NCBI GenBank assembly: GCA_030390025.1
Contig: CM059445.1
Span: 20,522,001 to 20,586,000 of the forward strand
Reading direction: 5' to 3'
Length of the DNA stretch: 64,000 nt
From: Squalus acanthias
Lineage: Eukaryota
Shown: piece by piece, positions 41,957 to 53,707 of the stretch
Position numbering within the stretch: position 1 is the first letter of the stretch
Layout: every line of letters starts with the position of its first letter
The notes under the pieces: generated by a model
Told to the model about the DNA's origin: nothing
The model's database searches: none
The model's input: only the letters and a program-made list of their open reading frames with translations
Made by a program: the position numbers and the translations under genes

Positions 41957-42634
41957 CTGCAACGCACACAAGAAATTCATTTCATTTTGATTTGCTGTGC
42001 TGTGTTTCAGTTACTCATGGACAGAGCGGAAAACAGACCAGTACTGCTATTGCCCAATTCACACATCGCAGGAGTCCATCACACCAGCCCACTGTGAGAC
42101 AACTGGAGCCATCACCAGGAGGTCACATACTTTATTTTTGAAATTAATTCAGGCAGCCCAAGTATCTAACTCTGCTTCTTTTGCTCCAGCCACTAGGAGT
42201 GGAACAGGCTGATGCACTCACTCATTTACCTACACTGTCATCTTTACTTGCATCTGCCTACAACATCCCAGTTGAGGCTGAGACTTCAGTGTGGGTGATT
42301 ATGGGTGTAAATCTTTCAAGTTATTTTGTTCTCCCTAGAACTGCATCGAGAGAATGGCTGATCTGCTCCTTGACCACCACCTCTACTGACCATAAGAGGT
42401 GTGCAAGAGCTGCCAGGTGAGTTTCCTTCAGACATGCCCGTCACTGTTTGGAAGTATCTGGCTGTCATCTGGCAAAAGCAGCAGAGTGGTGATAATAAAT
42501 TCAATATGTGGGCCATCCTGGACATAAACACACTTTGCACCAATTTGTTTGTTGCACGAGAGCAATCTACTGGAGTCTATAATTAAGGATAGAGTGACTG
42601 AACACCTTGAAAATTGTCAGCTGATCAGAGAGAG

Positions 42635-42900
42635 CCGGCATGGATTGTAAAGGGTCGGTCATACCTGATGAACCTGATTGAATTTTTTGAAGACATGACT
42701 CAAGTAGTGGACAGGGGAATGTCTATGGATGTTATTGATATGGACTTCCAGAAGACCTTTGATAAAGTCCCTTATAAGAGATTGTTAGCTAAAGTTGAAG
42801 CTCATGGAATTGAAGGCAAATTATTGACCTGGTTAGGAAATTGGCTGAGCGGCAGGAGACAGAGAGTCGGGATAATGGGCAGGTTTTCTAATTGGCAGGA
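42635..42900 (+). mobile_element. CR1 LINE RT fragment
   Basis: ORF 42614-42943: NLIEFFED, DFQKTFDKVPYKRL, WLGNWLSGRRQRV. Confidence 0.85.
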
Positions 42901-42904
42901 TATT

Positions 42905-43445
42905 GGGGAAAGGCCAATTTTACTAAGCTCAGATGTGATTTAGCAAAAGTGGACTTGAAACAGCTACTTGAAGGTAAATCAGTGTCAGAGCAGTGGAAGT
43001 CATTCAAGGAGGAGATAGTGAGGGCTCAGAACAAATATGTTCCCTCAAAGAAAAAGGGTGGGTGGGACTCCCAGATCTAGGGCCCTTTGGATGTCAAGGA
43101 GCATACAGAGTCGGATCAGGAAAAAATAGGGAAGCTTTTGTCAGATACTGAGAGCTCAATACCGCAGAAAGCCTAGAGGAGTATAGAAAGTGCAGGGGTG
43201 AAATTAGGAAAGCAAAGAGAGTGCATGAAAAAATATTGGAAAGTAAAATCATGGAAATCCCAAAGATGTTTTTTTAAATACACAAAGAGCAAGAGGATAA
43301 CTAAGGAAAGAGTGGGGCCTATTAGAGACCAAAAGGGTAACCTGTGTGGAGGCAGAAGGCATGGGTTTGGTTCTTAATGAATACTTTGCGTCTGTCTTCA
43401 CAAAAGAGAGGGACGATGCAGACATTGTAGTTGAGGAGACTGAAA
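42905..43445 (+). mobile_element. CR1 LINE ORF2 fragment (linker between endonuclease and RT), decayed
   Basis: KANFTKLRCDLAKVD..EQWKSFKEEI and LNEYFASVFTKE motifs; 43276-43440 is homologous to 43859-44030. Confidence 0.8.
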
Positions 43446-43569
43446 GATGTGCAGATAATTTACAGTTGCACTTTGGAGAAGTGAGAAAGCTGCCTATTTG
43501 CAGGAGGGCCCAACATGAACAATTTTTATCCAACAGATTTTGAATCAGGGGAGGAGACCTGTAATGACA

Positions 43570-43791
43570 CGGCGCTACCTGCTGACGCGCGTGGCGCTGC
43601 TGCACGTAGCGCCGTGAAATTCAGTAGTAGCGCCCCAAGCAGCAGGTGGAGCGTTTCCAGTAGCGCCACACCTCCTGCTTGGCGCCCTACTGTTGAATTT
43701 ATGCCAGAAGGGTGCTAACTTTTTTGGGGCGCTAAAATTAGCGTCCCAGCCACGTTTGTGCCCCAAAATGGGCACCACCCAATTTTTCCCC
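43570..43791. mobile_element. Probable terminal fragment of a non-autonomous DNA transposon
   Basis: CpG-rich patch with repeated GGCGCTA/TAGCGCC motifs ending in CCCAATTTTTCCCC; only one end is visible. Confidence 0.35.
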
Positions 43792-46006
43792 CTATGCCCC
43801 CTAGTTCTAGACTCCCCAGCCAGGGGAAACAATTTCTCAGCATCTACCCTGTCAATCCAAATACATAAAGAGCAAGAGGATAACTAAGGAAGGAGTAGGG
43901 CCTATTAGAGACCAAAAAGGTAACCTGTGCGTGGAGGCGGAAGACGTGGGTATGGTTCTTAATGACTACTGTGCGTCTGTCTTCACAGAAGAGAAGGACG
44001 ATGCAGACATTGTAGTTAAGGAGGAGGAGTGTGAAATATTAGTTGGGATAAACATAGAAAGAGAGGTAGTATTAAGAGGTTTAGCATCTTTGAAAGTAGA
44101 TAAATCACCAGGCCCGGATGAAATGTATCCCAGGCTGTTAAGAGAGGCAAGGGAGGAAACAGCGGAGGCTCTGACCATCATTTTCCAATCCTCTCTGGCT
44201 ACAGGTTTGGTGCTAGAGGACTGCAGGACTGCTAACATTGTGCCATTCTTTAAAAAGGGAGAAAGGGATAGACCGAGTAATTACAGGCCAGTCAGCCTAA
44301 CCTCGGTGGTGGGCAAATTACTGGAAAAAATTCTGAGGGACAGGATATAAATCATCATTTAGAAAGTCACGGATTAATCAAGGACAGTCAGCATGGATTT
44401 GTTAAGGGAAGGTCATGTCTGACTAACTTGACTGAATTTTTTGGAAGAGGTAACAAGGAGGGTCGATGAGGGTAGTGCATTTGATGTGGTCTACATGGAT
44501 TTTAGCAAGGCTTTTGATAAGGTCCCACATGGCAGGTTGGTCAAAAAAGTAAAAGCCCTTGGGATTCAAGGCAAAGTGGCAAGTTGGATCCAAAATTGTC
44601 TCAGTGGCAGAAAGCAAAGGGTAATGATCGAAGGGTGTTTTTGTGATTGGAAGGCTGTTTCCAGTGGGGTTCTGCAGGGCTCAGTACTTGGTTCCTTGCT
44701 TTTTGTGGTATATATCAGTGATTTAGACTTCAATGTAGGGGGCATGATTAAGAAGTTTGCAGATGATACAAAAATTGTCCATGTGGCTGATAATGAAGAA
44801 GAAAGCTGCAGACTGCAGGAAGATATCAACAGACTGGTCAGGTGGGCAGAAAAGTGGCAAATGGAATTCAATCCAGAGAAGTGTGAGGTAATGCATTTGG
44901 GGAGGGCTAACAAGTAAAGAGAATACACATTAAATGGTAGGACATTGAGAAGTGTAGAGGAACAGAGGGACCTTGGAGTGCATGTCCACAGATCTCTGAA
45001 GGTAGCAAGACAGGTAGATAAGGTGGTTAAGAAGGCATACGGGATACCTTCCTTTATTAGCTGAGGCATAGAATATGAGAGCAGGGAGGTTCTGCTTGAA
45101 CTGTATAAAACACTAGTTAGGCCGCAGCTAGAATACTGCGTACAGTTCTGGTCACCACATTACAGGAAAGATGTGTTTGCACTAGAGGATGTACAGAGGA
45201 GATTTACCAGGATGTTGCCAGGACTGGAGAATTTTAGCTCTGAGGAAAGATTGGATAGGCTGGGGTTGTTTTCTTTGGAACAGAGGAGGCTGAGGGGAGA
45301 CTTAATTGAGGTGTATAAAATTATGAGGGGCCTGGATAGAGTGGATAGGAAGGATCTATTTCCCTTAGCAGAGAGGTCAATAACCAGGGGGCATAGATTT
45401 AAAGTAATTGATAGAAGGATAAGAGGGGATTTGAGGAGAATTTTTTTCACCCAGAGGGTGGTGGGGGTCTGGAACTCACTGCCTGAAAGGGTGGTAGAGG
45501 TAGAAACCCTCATCACATTTAAAAAGTACTTGGATATGCACTTGAAGTGTCGTAACCTGCAGGGCTACGGACCAAGAGCTGGAAAGTGGGATTAGGGTGG
45601 ATAGCACGGACACGATGGGCCGAATGGCCTCCTTCTGAGCTGTAAATTTCTATGATTCTGATCCCCCCTCAGAATCTTATATGTTTCAATGAGATCACCT
45701 CTCGTTCTTCTAAACTCCAGAGAGTATAGGCCCAATCTACTCAATCTCTCCTCATAGGACAACCCTCTCATCCCAGGAATCAATCTAGCGAACCTTCCTT
45801 GCACCGCCTCTAAGGCATGTATGTCCTTCCTTAGTTACAGAGACCAAAATTGTGCACAGTACCCCAGGTGTGGTCTCACCAAAGCCCTGTACAATTGTAG
45901 CAAGACTTCCTTACTCTTGTACTCCAGCCCCCTAGCAATAAAGGCCAAAATGCCACTTACCTTCCGAATTGCTTGCTGTACCTGCATGCTAACCTTCTGT
46001 GTTTCT
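43792..46006 (-). mobile_element. Older CR1 fragment split in two (43792-43858 and 45661-46006) by a younger plus-strand CR1
   Basis: Left piece encodes MFPLAGESRTRGH; right piece encodes SMQVQQAIRK..LYRALVRPHL..LYSLEFRR..LIETYKILRG; the pieces are contiguous in CR1 order. Confidence 0.85.
43859..45660 (+). mobile_element. 5'-truncated CR1 LINE, decayed RT region plus 3' UTR
   Basis: ORF fragments 43931-44350, 44441-44917 (KFADDTK) and 45173-45595; 3' end GGGCCGAATGGCCTCCTTCT...TTCTATGATTCT. Confidence 0.92.
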
Positions 46007-46137
46007 GGTATGGATAAACCAGGAGCCAATGATAAGATTATCCCTATATTGCTTCCCATTGTTTATTTGTTACTAATTATAGATATTTAACCCATTCTGA
46101 AAAAGAGGAAAGCCTTTATTGCTCAAGTGGAACTTAC

Positions 46138-46452
46138 AGTAAGTTTGCAGAGTCACCGAGGAGTTTGTGATTGGTTTTGTGGCGTTAGAGCCCAAGTCCA
46201 CTTCTGCCAAGCAGGTGTAATCCTTTCCGTCATCTGACATACTTGCAGTGAAATTGAAGACATTCCTCAATCTTTGATCATCATCCGGGAAACCTGGTTC
46301 GTCTGTGGAAACACTCTGAACAATCTCACTCCCTCTCAGCCATGTGAGTATGAGCTTATTGTTTGGATAGACCCTCGGACCAGTGCACTCCAGACTATAT
46401 GTTTTGTTAACTTCCAGCACTTCAGGAGGTGAAGTAATGTTTAACTCTCGAT
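46138..46452 (-). CDS. ICAM/VCAM-like adhesion protein, exon 3 (Ig domain 2)
   Basis: Acceptor cctcctttaacAG, donor T|GTAAGT, 315 nt, phase 1-1. Encodes (N)RELNITSPPEVLEVNKTYSLECTGPRVYP..LILTWLRGSE..DDGKDYTCLAEVDL..VTLQTY, a typical ICAM/VCAM D2. Confidence 0.92.
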
Positions 46453-47022
46453 CTGTTAAAGGAGGATCACAGTTAACAGAATTCACTGAAACAATCTGTA
46501 TCTGAACACTACCTGTTCCACTCCTCCTTCCACTCAACACACGTATTTTCACTCAGCATGAAAATAGTCTCTGTGTACAATAAAAGTTATCCCAACCACA
46601 AATGTGCCTGTGGTCTAATGCGCCCCATGAAAGTTCTGCTTCGGTGATTCTCTTCAATCTGCACTTAGCCAAGAGCATTGACCTGGCTGGCACCCTGATC
46701 AAAAACACTGAATAATGGGTATGTACTCAAATTGGCACAATGCGACTAGTGGTGTCCCCCAGGGATCTATACTGGGGCCTCAGCTTTTCACTATACTTAT
46801 CAATGACTTAGATGAAGGAATAGAGAGCCGTATATCTAAATATGCTGATAATACCAAGTTACGTGGCACAGTAAATAGTGTAAACAGGAGCAAAAAGTTG
46901 CAAAGGGACATTAATAGATTAAATCAGTGTGGCAGATGGAGTTTAATGTGGGGAAGTGTGAGGTCATCCACTTTGGACCTAAGAAAGAGAGATTCGAGTA
47001 TTCTCTAAATGGTGAGAGAGCA

Positions 47023-48544
47023 GAAAGCAGAGTATGTGAGTAAAGGGTCGCTATTCACAGTGGCAGAAGGTGGGTAGTGGTGTTCCACAAGGATCAGTGC
47101 TGGGACCACTGCTGTTCACAATTTACATTAACGGTTTAGACTTTGGAATCAAAAGCACAATTTCTAAATTTGCAGATGACACCAAATTGGGGGGGATAGT
47201 CAATACTGAGGAGAACTGCAACAAATTACAAGAAGACATGAATAAACTTGCAGAATGGGCATATAATTGGCAAATGAATTTCAACACAGATAAATGTGAG
47301 GTATTACATTTTGGTAAGAAAAGTAAGGAGGTCACATATTACTTGGGAAATAGGAATCTAAGTGGGGTAGATGAGCAAAGGGATCTGGGAGTACAAATGC
47401 ACAAATCACTAAAAGTAGTGACACACATTAACAAGGCCATAAAAAAAGCAAACCAGGCACTAGGGTTTATTTCTAGAGGGATAGAATTGAAAAATAGTGA
47501 AGTTATGCTAAACTTGTATCGAACCTTGGTTAGACCACACTTGGAGTACTGCGTACAGTTCTGATCGCCATATTATAGAAACATAGAAACATAGAAACAT
47601 AGAATCTAGGAGCAGGAGTAGGCCATTCGGCCCGTCGAGCCTGCTCCACCATTCAATACGATCATGGCTGATCATCCAAATCCAGTACCCCGTCCCTGCT
47701 TTAATCCCCACAGTACACATATCCCACCCTACCCCCGTAACCCCACGTATTTAATTCCCCCTAACATATCCCATCCTATCCCCATAACCCCACATATTTA
47801 ATCCCCCCCGAACACTAAGGGTCAATTTATCATAGCCAAATCAACCTAACCCGCACATTTTTGGACTGTGGGAGGAAACCGGAGCACCCGGAGGAAACCC
47901 ACGCAGACACGGGGAGAATGTGCAAACTCCACACAGACAGTCACCCTAGGTCAGGTTCGAACCCGGGTCCCTGGCGCTGTGAGGCACCAGTGCTAACCAC
48001 TATGCCACCGTGTTGCCCGTATGATCGTAAAAAGGATACAGAGGCACTGGAGAGGGTGCAGAGAAGATTTACAAGGATGATACCAGAAATGCGAGGGTAT
48101 ACATATCAGGAAAGGATGAACAGGCTGGGTCTCTTTTCTCTTGAAAAAAGAAGGCTGAGGAGTGACCTAATAGAGGTCTTTAAATACATGAAAGGTTTTG
48201 ATAGAGTGGATAGAGAGAGAGTGTTTCCACTTGTGGGGAAGAGCATAACTAGAGGCCATCAATATAAGATAGTCACCAAGAAATCCAATAGGGAATTCAG
48301 AAGAAACTTCTTTACCCAGAGAGTGGTGAGAATGTGGAACTCGCTACCACAGGGAGTGGTTGAAGCGAATTGTATGGATGCATTTAAGGGGAGGCTAGAC
48401 AAGCATCTGAGGGAGAAGGGAATAGAGGGTTATGCTGATAGAGTTAGATGAGGAAAGACGGGAGGAGGCTCGTGTGGAGCATAAACACCGCATGGACTGG
48501 TTGGGCCGAATGTTTCCGTGCCGTATATCCTATGTAATCCTATG
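47023..48544 (+). mobile_element. Middle CR1 fragment (~47023-47580 and ~48025-48544), split by a SINE
   Basis: ORF 47070-47564 (GVPQGSVLGP, KFADDTKL, LVRPHLEYCVQF) continues after the SINE as KDTEALERVQRRFTRM..; tail ATCCTATGTAATCCTATG. Confidence 0.88.
47577..48019 (-). mobile_element. tRNA-derived V-SINE (HE1-like) with CR1-derived 3' tail
   Basis: Minus-strand head GGTGGCATAGTGGTTAGCACT..GGGTTCGAACC (A/B boxes); V-domain TGTGTGGAGTTTGCACATTCTCCCCGTGTCTGCGTGGGTTTCCTCCGGGTGCTCCGGTTTCCTCCCACAGTCCAAA; CR1 3' end with (CATAGAAA)n on +. Confidence 0.9.
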
Positions 48545-49455
48545 AACTGTGAAGGAGCAGAGAGATTTAGGAGTCCAAGTACAGAAATCACTAAAAGCTA
48601 GTGCATAGGTACAAAAAATAATTTAAAAAGCTAATGGAATGTTGGCCTTTAGCTCAAGGGGGCTGGAATACAAAGGGGTGGAAGTGATGTTATATAAAGC
48701 TCTGGTTAGACCCCATTTAGAGCACTGTGTTCAGTTCTGGGCACCACACCTCAGGAAGGATTGGCCTTGGAGGGTGTTCTGTGCAGATTCACCAGAATTA
48801 TACCAGGGCTAAAAGGGTTAAATTATGAGGACAGGTTGCACAGACTAAGCATATTCCCTTGAGTATAGAAGATCTAATTGAGGTGTTTAAGATGGTTAAA
48901 GGATTTGATAGGGCAGATAGAGAGAAACTATTTCCTGTGGTGATGGAGTCCAGAACAAGGGGCATAACCTTAAAATTAGAGCTAGGATGTTCAGGGGTGA
49001 GATCAGGAATCACTTCTTGACACAAAGGGTGGTGGAAATCTGGAACTCTGTCTGCCCAAAAGCTGTTGAGGCTGGGGGTCAATTGAAAATTTCAAAACTG
49101 AGATTGATAGATTTTTGTTGGCCAAGGGTATTAAGGGTTACGGAACCAAGGCGGGTGGATGGAGTTAGGATACAGATCAGCTATAATCTCATTGAATGGC
49201 AGAACAGGAATAAGGGGCTGAACGGCTTATTCCTATTCCTATGCCTTGTCTTAAGGTCCAAGATAAAAACTAACATTTTTTGTAATACATCCTAAGAGAT
49301 GGTTTTAATGTTCCATATTATGAAGCTGAGTTGTTGAAATAGATCAAGTCAGGGAACATTCCTTAACCCAGAGGATTCTAAAGTTAACCCAGTGATGCAG
49401 TGCATTGGTGTACCAACACCTTACACTATGAAATGGCAGCATACGAGTTCATACC

Positions 49456-50505
49456 TGTAATATATGTGGGTCGAACAAATGATGGACAGAGACACCAGTT
49501 ACTAGTCCATTTGTTTGCTTTACTAGGCCAGAGCGAACTGAGCATGCTCATACTAAACCATGTGACAAACCATGTGATAATACATTACACTGCTTTACCC
49601 CTTAAAAAAAATGCACAGATTCTCCTCTCAAATACAACAAAACTATGGTCCCACCTTTCCCAACATTACATGTACCACATAACAAAAACTTCTGGCTTTT
49701 TTTCTTTTAAATCAACTACAAATGCTACAAATGAACTACAAATCCAGTTTAATAACAGGTTTGCGGAGCCTTCCTGATCTCCTTACAAAAGGTTTTGGTG
49801 TTGAACCAATTTTCGGGCTGCTTAACTCGAGTTTCTCAACAATGTCTTCAAACGACACATCCTTCGCTTTCCCTGGCGCGAGTAGGTTTGTCAACGTTCC
49901 GTAGACAACTGGCCCGATCTCCGTTAGAAAAATTGCTTTTTATGTTCACCAATTACTTTATTTTGAGCTTGAACATTCTCATCTGCTCCTTCGGTCTCAA
50001 TAATGTTATTGGCCCTAAAAAACATCTCCATCCGCTCAATGTAAGAACTGAATGGTTCGTGAGCTCGGTCATACATGCCGAGGCTTCCGATGAATCCCGT
50101 AGGCACGGCCCTGATTGTCCCGATCCCGTTGAACAGAGACTCAGCCGCTACCTGTGTACCTGTGAGAATCAACACCACTGTTGCTGTGTATAAATACACA
50201 CGAAGGCGAAGCACAGACAATTCTGCATCAGCATTAACAGTAAAACATTGCAAAAATAATTCAGTTTAGGTGTCACAAATTCACCTTAAACTTTTCCACT
50301 TGAAGATTGAACACGGTATCCTTCCATGATCCCTAAACATGGCTTTGGGATCCCAACCTCATTGCCAAAAATGTAATATATGTGGGTGGAACAAATGAAA
50401 AACAGAGATACCAGTTGCTAGTTCATGAGCTTGCTTTACCAGGCCAGAGCGAACTGAGCATGCTCATACTAAACCATGTAACAAACCATGTGATAATACA
50501 ATACA
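49456..50505 (-). mobile_element. Internally deleted Ty3/Gypsy-type LTR element (134-bp LTRs at 49456-49589 and 50372-50505, PBS, PPT, gag N-terminal remnant)
   Basis: Two equal-length TG..CA direct repeats; minus-strand PBS TGGCAATGAGGTTGGGAT next to the right LTR; purine tract AAGGGGTAAAGCAG next to the left LTR; gag-like FSSYIERMEMFFRANNI. Confidence 0.88.
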
Positions 50506-50507
50506 AT

Positions 50508-50645
50508 CAGAGTTCCAATTCAGCGATTTTGTTGCTAGATTTAGCGACTTTTCATTTCATCCAGCGACATTTTTTTGCGTTTAGCGACATAGCGTAAATT
50601 TGGCGATTTTATGCAAAATCTAGCGACAAATTTGGCGACTTTTGT
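50508..50645. mobile_element. Possible DNA-transposon terminal remnant with reiterated TAGCGAC/TGGCGA(C/T) subterminal motifs
   Basis: About seven (A/G)GCGA(C/T) motifs in 140 bp, as typical of subterminal repeats; no partner end seen. Confidence 0.35.
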
Positions 50646-50714
50646 AATTAATCACAAATAATATAATAAGCAATTTTAATCAATTTTAAAAGAAAAATAA
50701 GAGTTTTCACTTAC

Positions 50715-50990
50715 TGTATACTATGACCACCTTTTTCTCCTCCTTCAGCTGTTTACTGTCTGATAAACAGGTTACACTGCAAGGTGCTGCAAAATCCCAT
50801 TCCTGGACACTCGCGAAATAGTCTGTGGACCAGTTAGTACCATGTGTTTTGTTCGGATGTATCCCTGGTTTATATTCCACAGCTATTGTTGAATTTGCAC
50901 ATGTTGTACGGCACATCACCTCCAGAGAGTCTCCAAATTCCACAGCTGAGGGGTTTGTGTCGATCCAAACCTCAAATCCAGTCACGTTTG
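50715..50990 (-). CDS. ICAM/VCAM-like adhesion protein, exon 2 (N-terminal Ig domain 1, ICAM_N type)
   Basis: Acceptor tttctttccctggcAG, donor A|GTAAGT, 276 nt, phase 1-1. FEVWIDTNPSAVEFGDSLEVMCRTTC..WDFAAPCSVTC..VVIVY has the two CxxxC motifs of ICAM/VCAM/MAdCAM D1. Confidence 0.93.
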
Positions 50991-51144
50991 CTGCCAGGGA
51001 AAGAAATCACAGTAAATACAGGGATATGGAACCCATTCATTTTCTTATTTTCTAACTACCCCAATAAACAGGACTCTTTTAAAAAAAGGATACCTATTCT
51101 GTGTTAGTTCCCTCACCCCACCCCTTGCTGTTACAGCACCAATA

Positions 51145-51955
51145 AGGAAGAAAGACTTGCATTTCTACAGCATCTTTCACGACCAGCGGATGTCCCAAAG
51201 TGCTTTACAGCCAATGAAGTACTGTCACTGTTGTAATGTGGGAAACACGGCAGCCAATTTGCGCACAGCAAGCTCCCACAAACAGCAATGTTATAATAAC
51301 CAGATAATCTGTTTTTATTGATATTGAGGGATAAATATTGGCCAGGACACCAGGGAGAACTCCCCTGCTCTTCTTCGAAATAGTGCCGTGGAATCTTTTA
51401 CGTCCACCTGAGGGAGCAGACGAGGCCTCAGTTTAATGTCTCATTCGAAAGACGGCACCTCCAACAGTGCAACGCTCCCTCAGTACTGCCCCTCGGACAG
51501 TGCAGCACTCCCTCAGTACTGCCCCTCCGACAGTGCAGCGCTCCCTCAGTACTGACCCTCCGACAGTGCGGCGCTCCCTCAGTACTGCCCCTCCGACAGT
51601 GTGGCGCTCCCTCAGTACTGCCCATCCGACAGTGCGGCGCTCCCTCAGTACTGCCCCTCCGACAGTGCGGCTCTCCCTCAGTACTGCCCCTCCGACAGTG
51701 CGGCGCTCCCTCAGTACTGCCCCTCCGACAGTGCGGCTCTCCCTCAGTACTGCCCCTCCAACAGTGCAACGCTCCCTCAGTACCGCCCCTCCAACAGTCC
51801 CTCAGTACTGCCCCTCTGACAGTGTGGTGCTCTCTCAGTACGGCACTGGGAGTGTCAGCCTAGATTTTTGTGCTCTAGTCTCTGGAGTGGGATTTGAACC
51901 CACAACCTTCTGACTCAGAGGCGAGCGTGCCGCCCACTGAGCCACAGCTGACACT
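51145..51955 (-). mobile_element. tRNA-derived Deu-domain SINE (SacSINE1-like)
   Basis: Minus-strand head GTGGCTCAGTGGG..GGGTTCAAATCCCACTCC; Deu-like core GGAGGTGCCGTCTTTCGAATGAGACATTAAACTGAGGCC; tail ..AAATGCAAGTCTTTCTT. Confidence 0.8.
51457..51845. repeat. 33-bp minisatellite expanded inside the SINE (~11-12 units)
   Basis: Tandem CTCCCTCAGTACTGCCCCTCCGACAGTGCGGCG. Confidence 0.95.
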
Positions 51956-53707
51956 GGTATATAGCAGCCTATTTCCATACAACATCCATTAAAATGTAAA
52001 TGTTTTGCCTTACAATTACTGGCTTCTCTTGTTCACACGTATCAAATATTTTCAATCAGAATCAACCTATAATGACAACCAATGTGCTGTAACAGGGGAG
52101 ATCTTAGCTGACCACCTGTGCTGAACTTTCTTTTGAGGAGGTGACATCCCAAGTTAATGAAGAATACATTTTACGTAATGGGGGAAATTTTCTTCTATTT
52201 GCATTCACTGAGCATCCAAGAAGCGCAGTGCACCTCAGATGTGATGCGTGTAGGAGGGGGCAGCTGCATTTATTCCCTCTTGGAGCCTTTGAAATAACTG
52301 ATAGTAGCTCCAGGCAGAGGCCCTCCCTCTGACTGGACCATGCACCTAAACATTGGACAGGAAATCCCAGAGCTTCTGCTGGCCTCAGCCTTGGAGAGTT
52401 GCAGCCAGAAGGCTTTGAGTGCTTTAAATTGAGGGAGGAAGTGGTAAAAAATTGAAATACAAAGCTGCCTGCATTATCTTCCGCCTGCCCTTCGGACCTC
52501 CGCAGATCTCCGGTCCACCTGGTCTGCTGGCAGACCATAGCATCAACTTTCATCAAGCACCCCAAAGCTTGGGCACCCAACAGTCGTAGGAATCAGAGCA
52601 AGAATCTAGAGGCTGGGCAAGTCCTTTTCTACCTCGTTGGAAAAGGTATACTGGGTCCATGCCTACGACACCCACAGGCCCAGTTGGGTCCAGTGAGAAA
52701 CGCAGGAAATCTCAGGGCAATGGAAGCAGACTTGATATAGGAATATTCTGCCCCTTTTTCCACTTCCATTGGTCTGGAGAATGTCAGCTCTCCAGATGCA
52801 GGCAAGAGGAAACCACCCCCACCCCTATTCCAGTGTACCTGGACTCCAAAAGCCCTCTCAGGACAGCAGCATATGCCAGACCTTCAGCCTTGCCCCTCAG
52901 AGGACACCAGGCTGCCTCGGATCAGAGATGCAGCCAGCAGAATACGAGCAGCCACCCACCTCCCTCCACACAGGCCCTTGAGGAGGTTGTGCCTAGAAGC
53001 ACTAGAAAAGGTAAAAAATGCAGGTGTAGCCACCCAGGGAAGCACAGTCTTAGGAAAAAGTAGGGAGGCTTGTGTGCATTTTGTACATTGTTGTAGCAGA
53101 ACAGAATGTGCACTTGTGCTGTGGTTTATTATTTATAGAGGTTAGAGTCATACAGGAAAGGGTATTTTTAATGGAAGTGGACATCGGGCAGCTTTTAGAA
53201 AAAGTTGCCAATCCACAAATGGCAGTTTTACATCCAGACAGCAAGTTGAAAATCTACCCCAATGTAGGATACAATCTAGAGCTTCTCTTCCCTTTCCTAG
53301 CACACAAAACAATAAACCTGGTAGAAGAGAATAGTAACCATGAACTGACTGAAGTACTTCCTACATTTATCACATGGCAAAATAATGTTAGAAATGCACC
53401 AAATGTAGTACCGATTTAAGGTACATTCCTGAATGAAACTAATCTCTGACTACTTGCCTGTGTTTTTTTTCATTTCTCTCTTCCTCACCATTATTTTGGT
53501 AGAAATATAAAACAATGCTAAATTTCTATTTCCTATTGTGAAACTGAAACCATCCAATCTGACAGGAAAGCAGTAACGGTGAATCACAAAATAAAAGGAA
53601 CAGTAACAGATATCATTTTAAACTGTACAGATGTGAATACCATATAAAGCTATTTGAGTCTATGTAAATAATTATCTATTACTTATATTTAAAAGCACTT
53701 TACCTAC

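Larger units (their letters stand above)
46710..49243 (+). mobile_element. Outer CR1 fragment (46710-~47022 and ~48545-49243), split by nested insertions
   Basis: SGVPQGSILGP..SKYADNTKL in the left piece; the right piece resumes at the EQRDLGV region and ends in a 3' UTR with TTCCTATTCCTATG. Confidence 0.8.

Noticed and set aside
47950-48019. tRNA genes (also 51885-51950)
   Set aside because: These are SINE heads with A/B boxes, continuous with SINE bodies; no complete cloverleaf.
52100-53420. Short ORFs in intron 1, possibly a decayed transposon-associated gene; weak kB-like motifs at ~52181 and ~52360
   Set aside because: No recognisable domain, consistent frame or splice structure; the motifs are imperfect and expected by chance.
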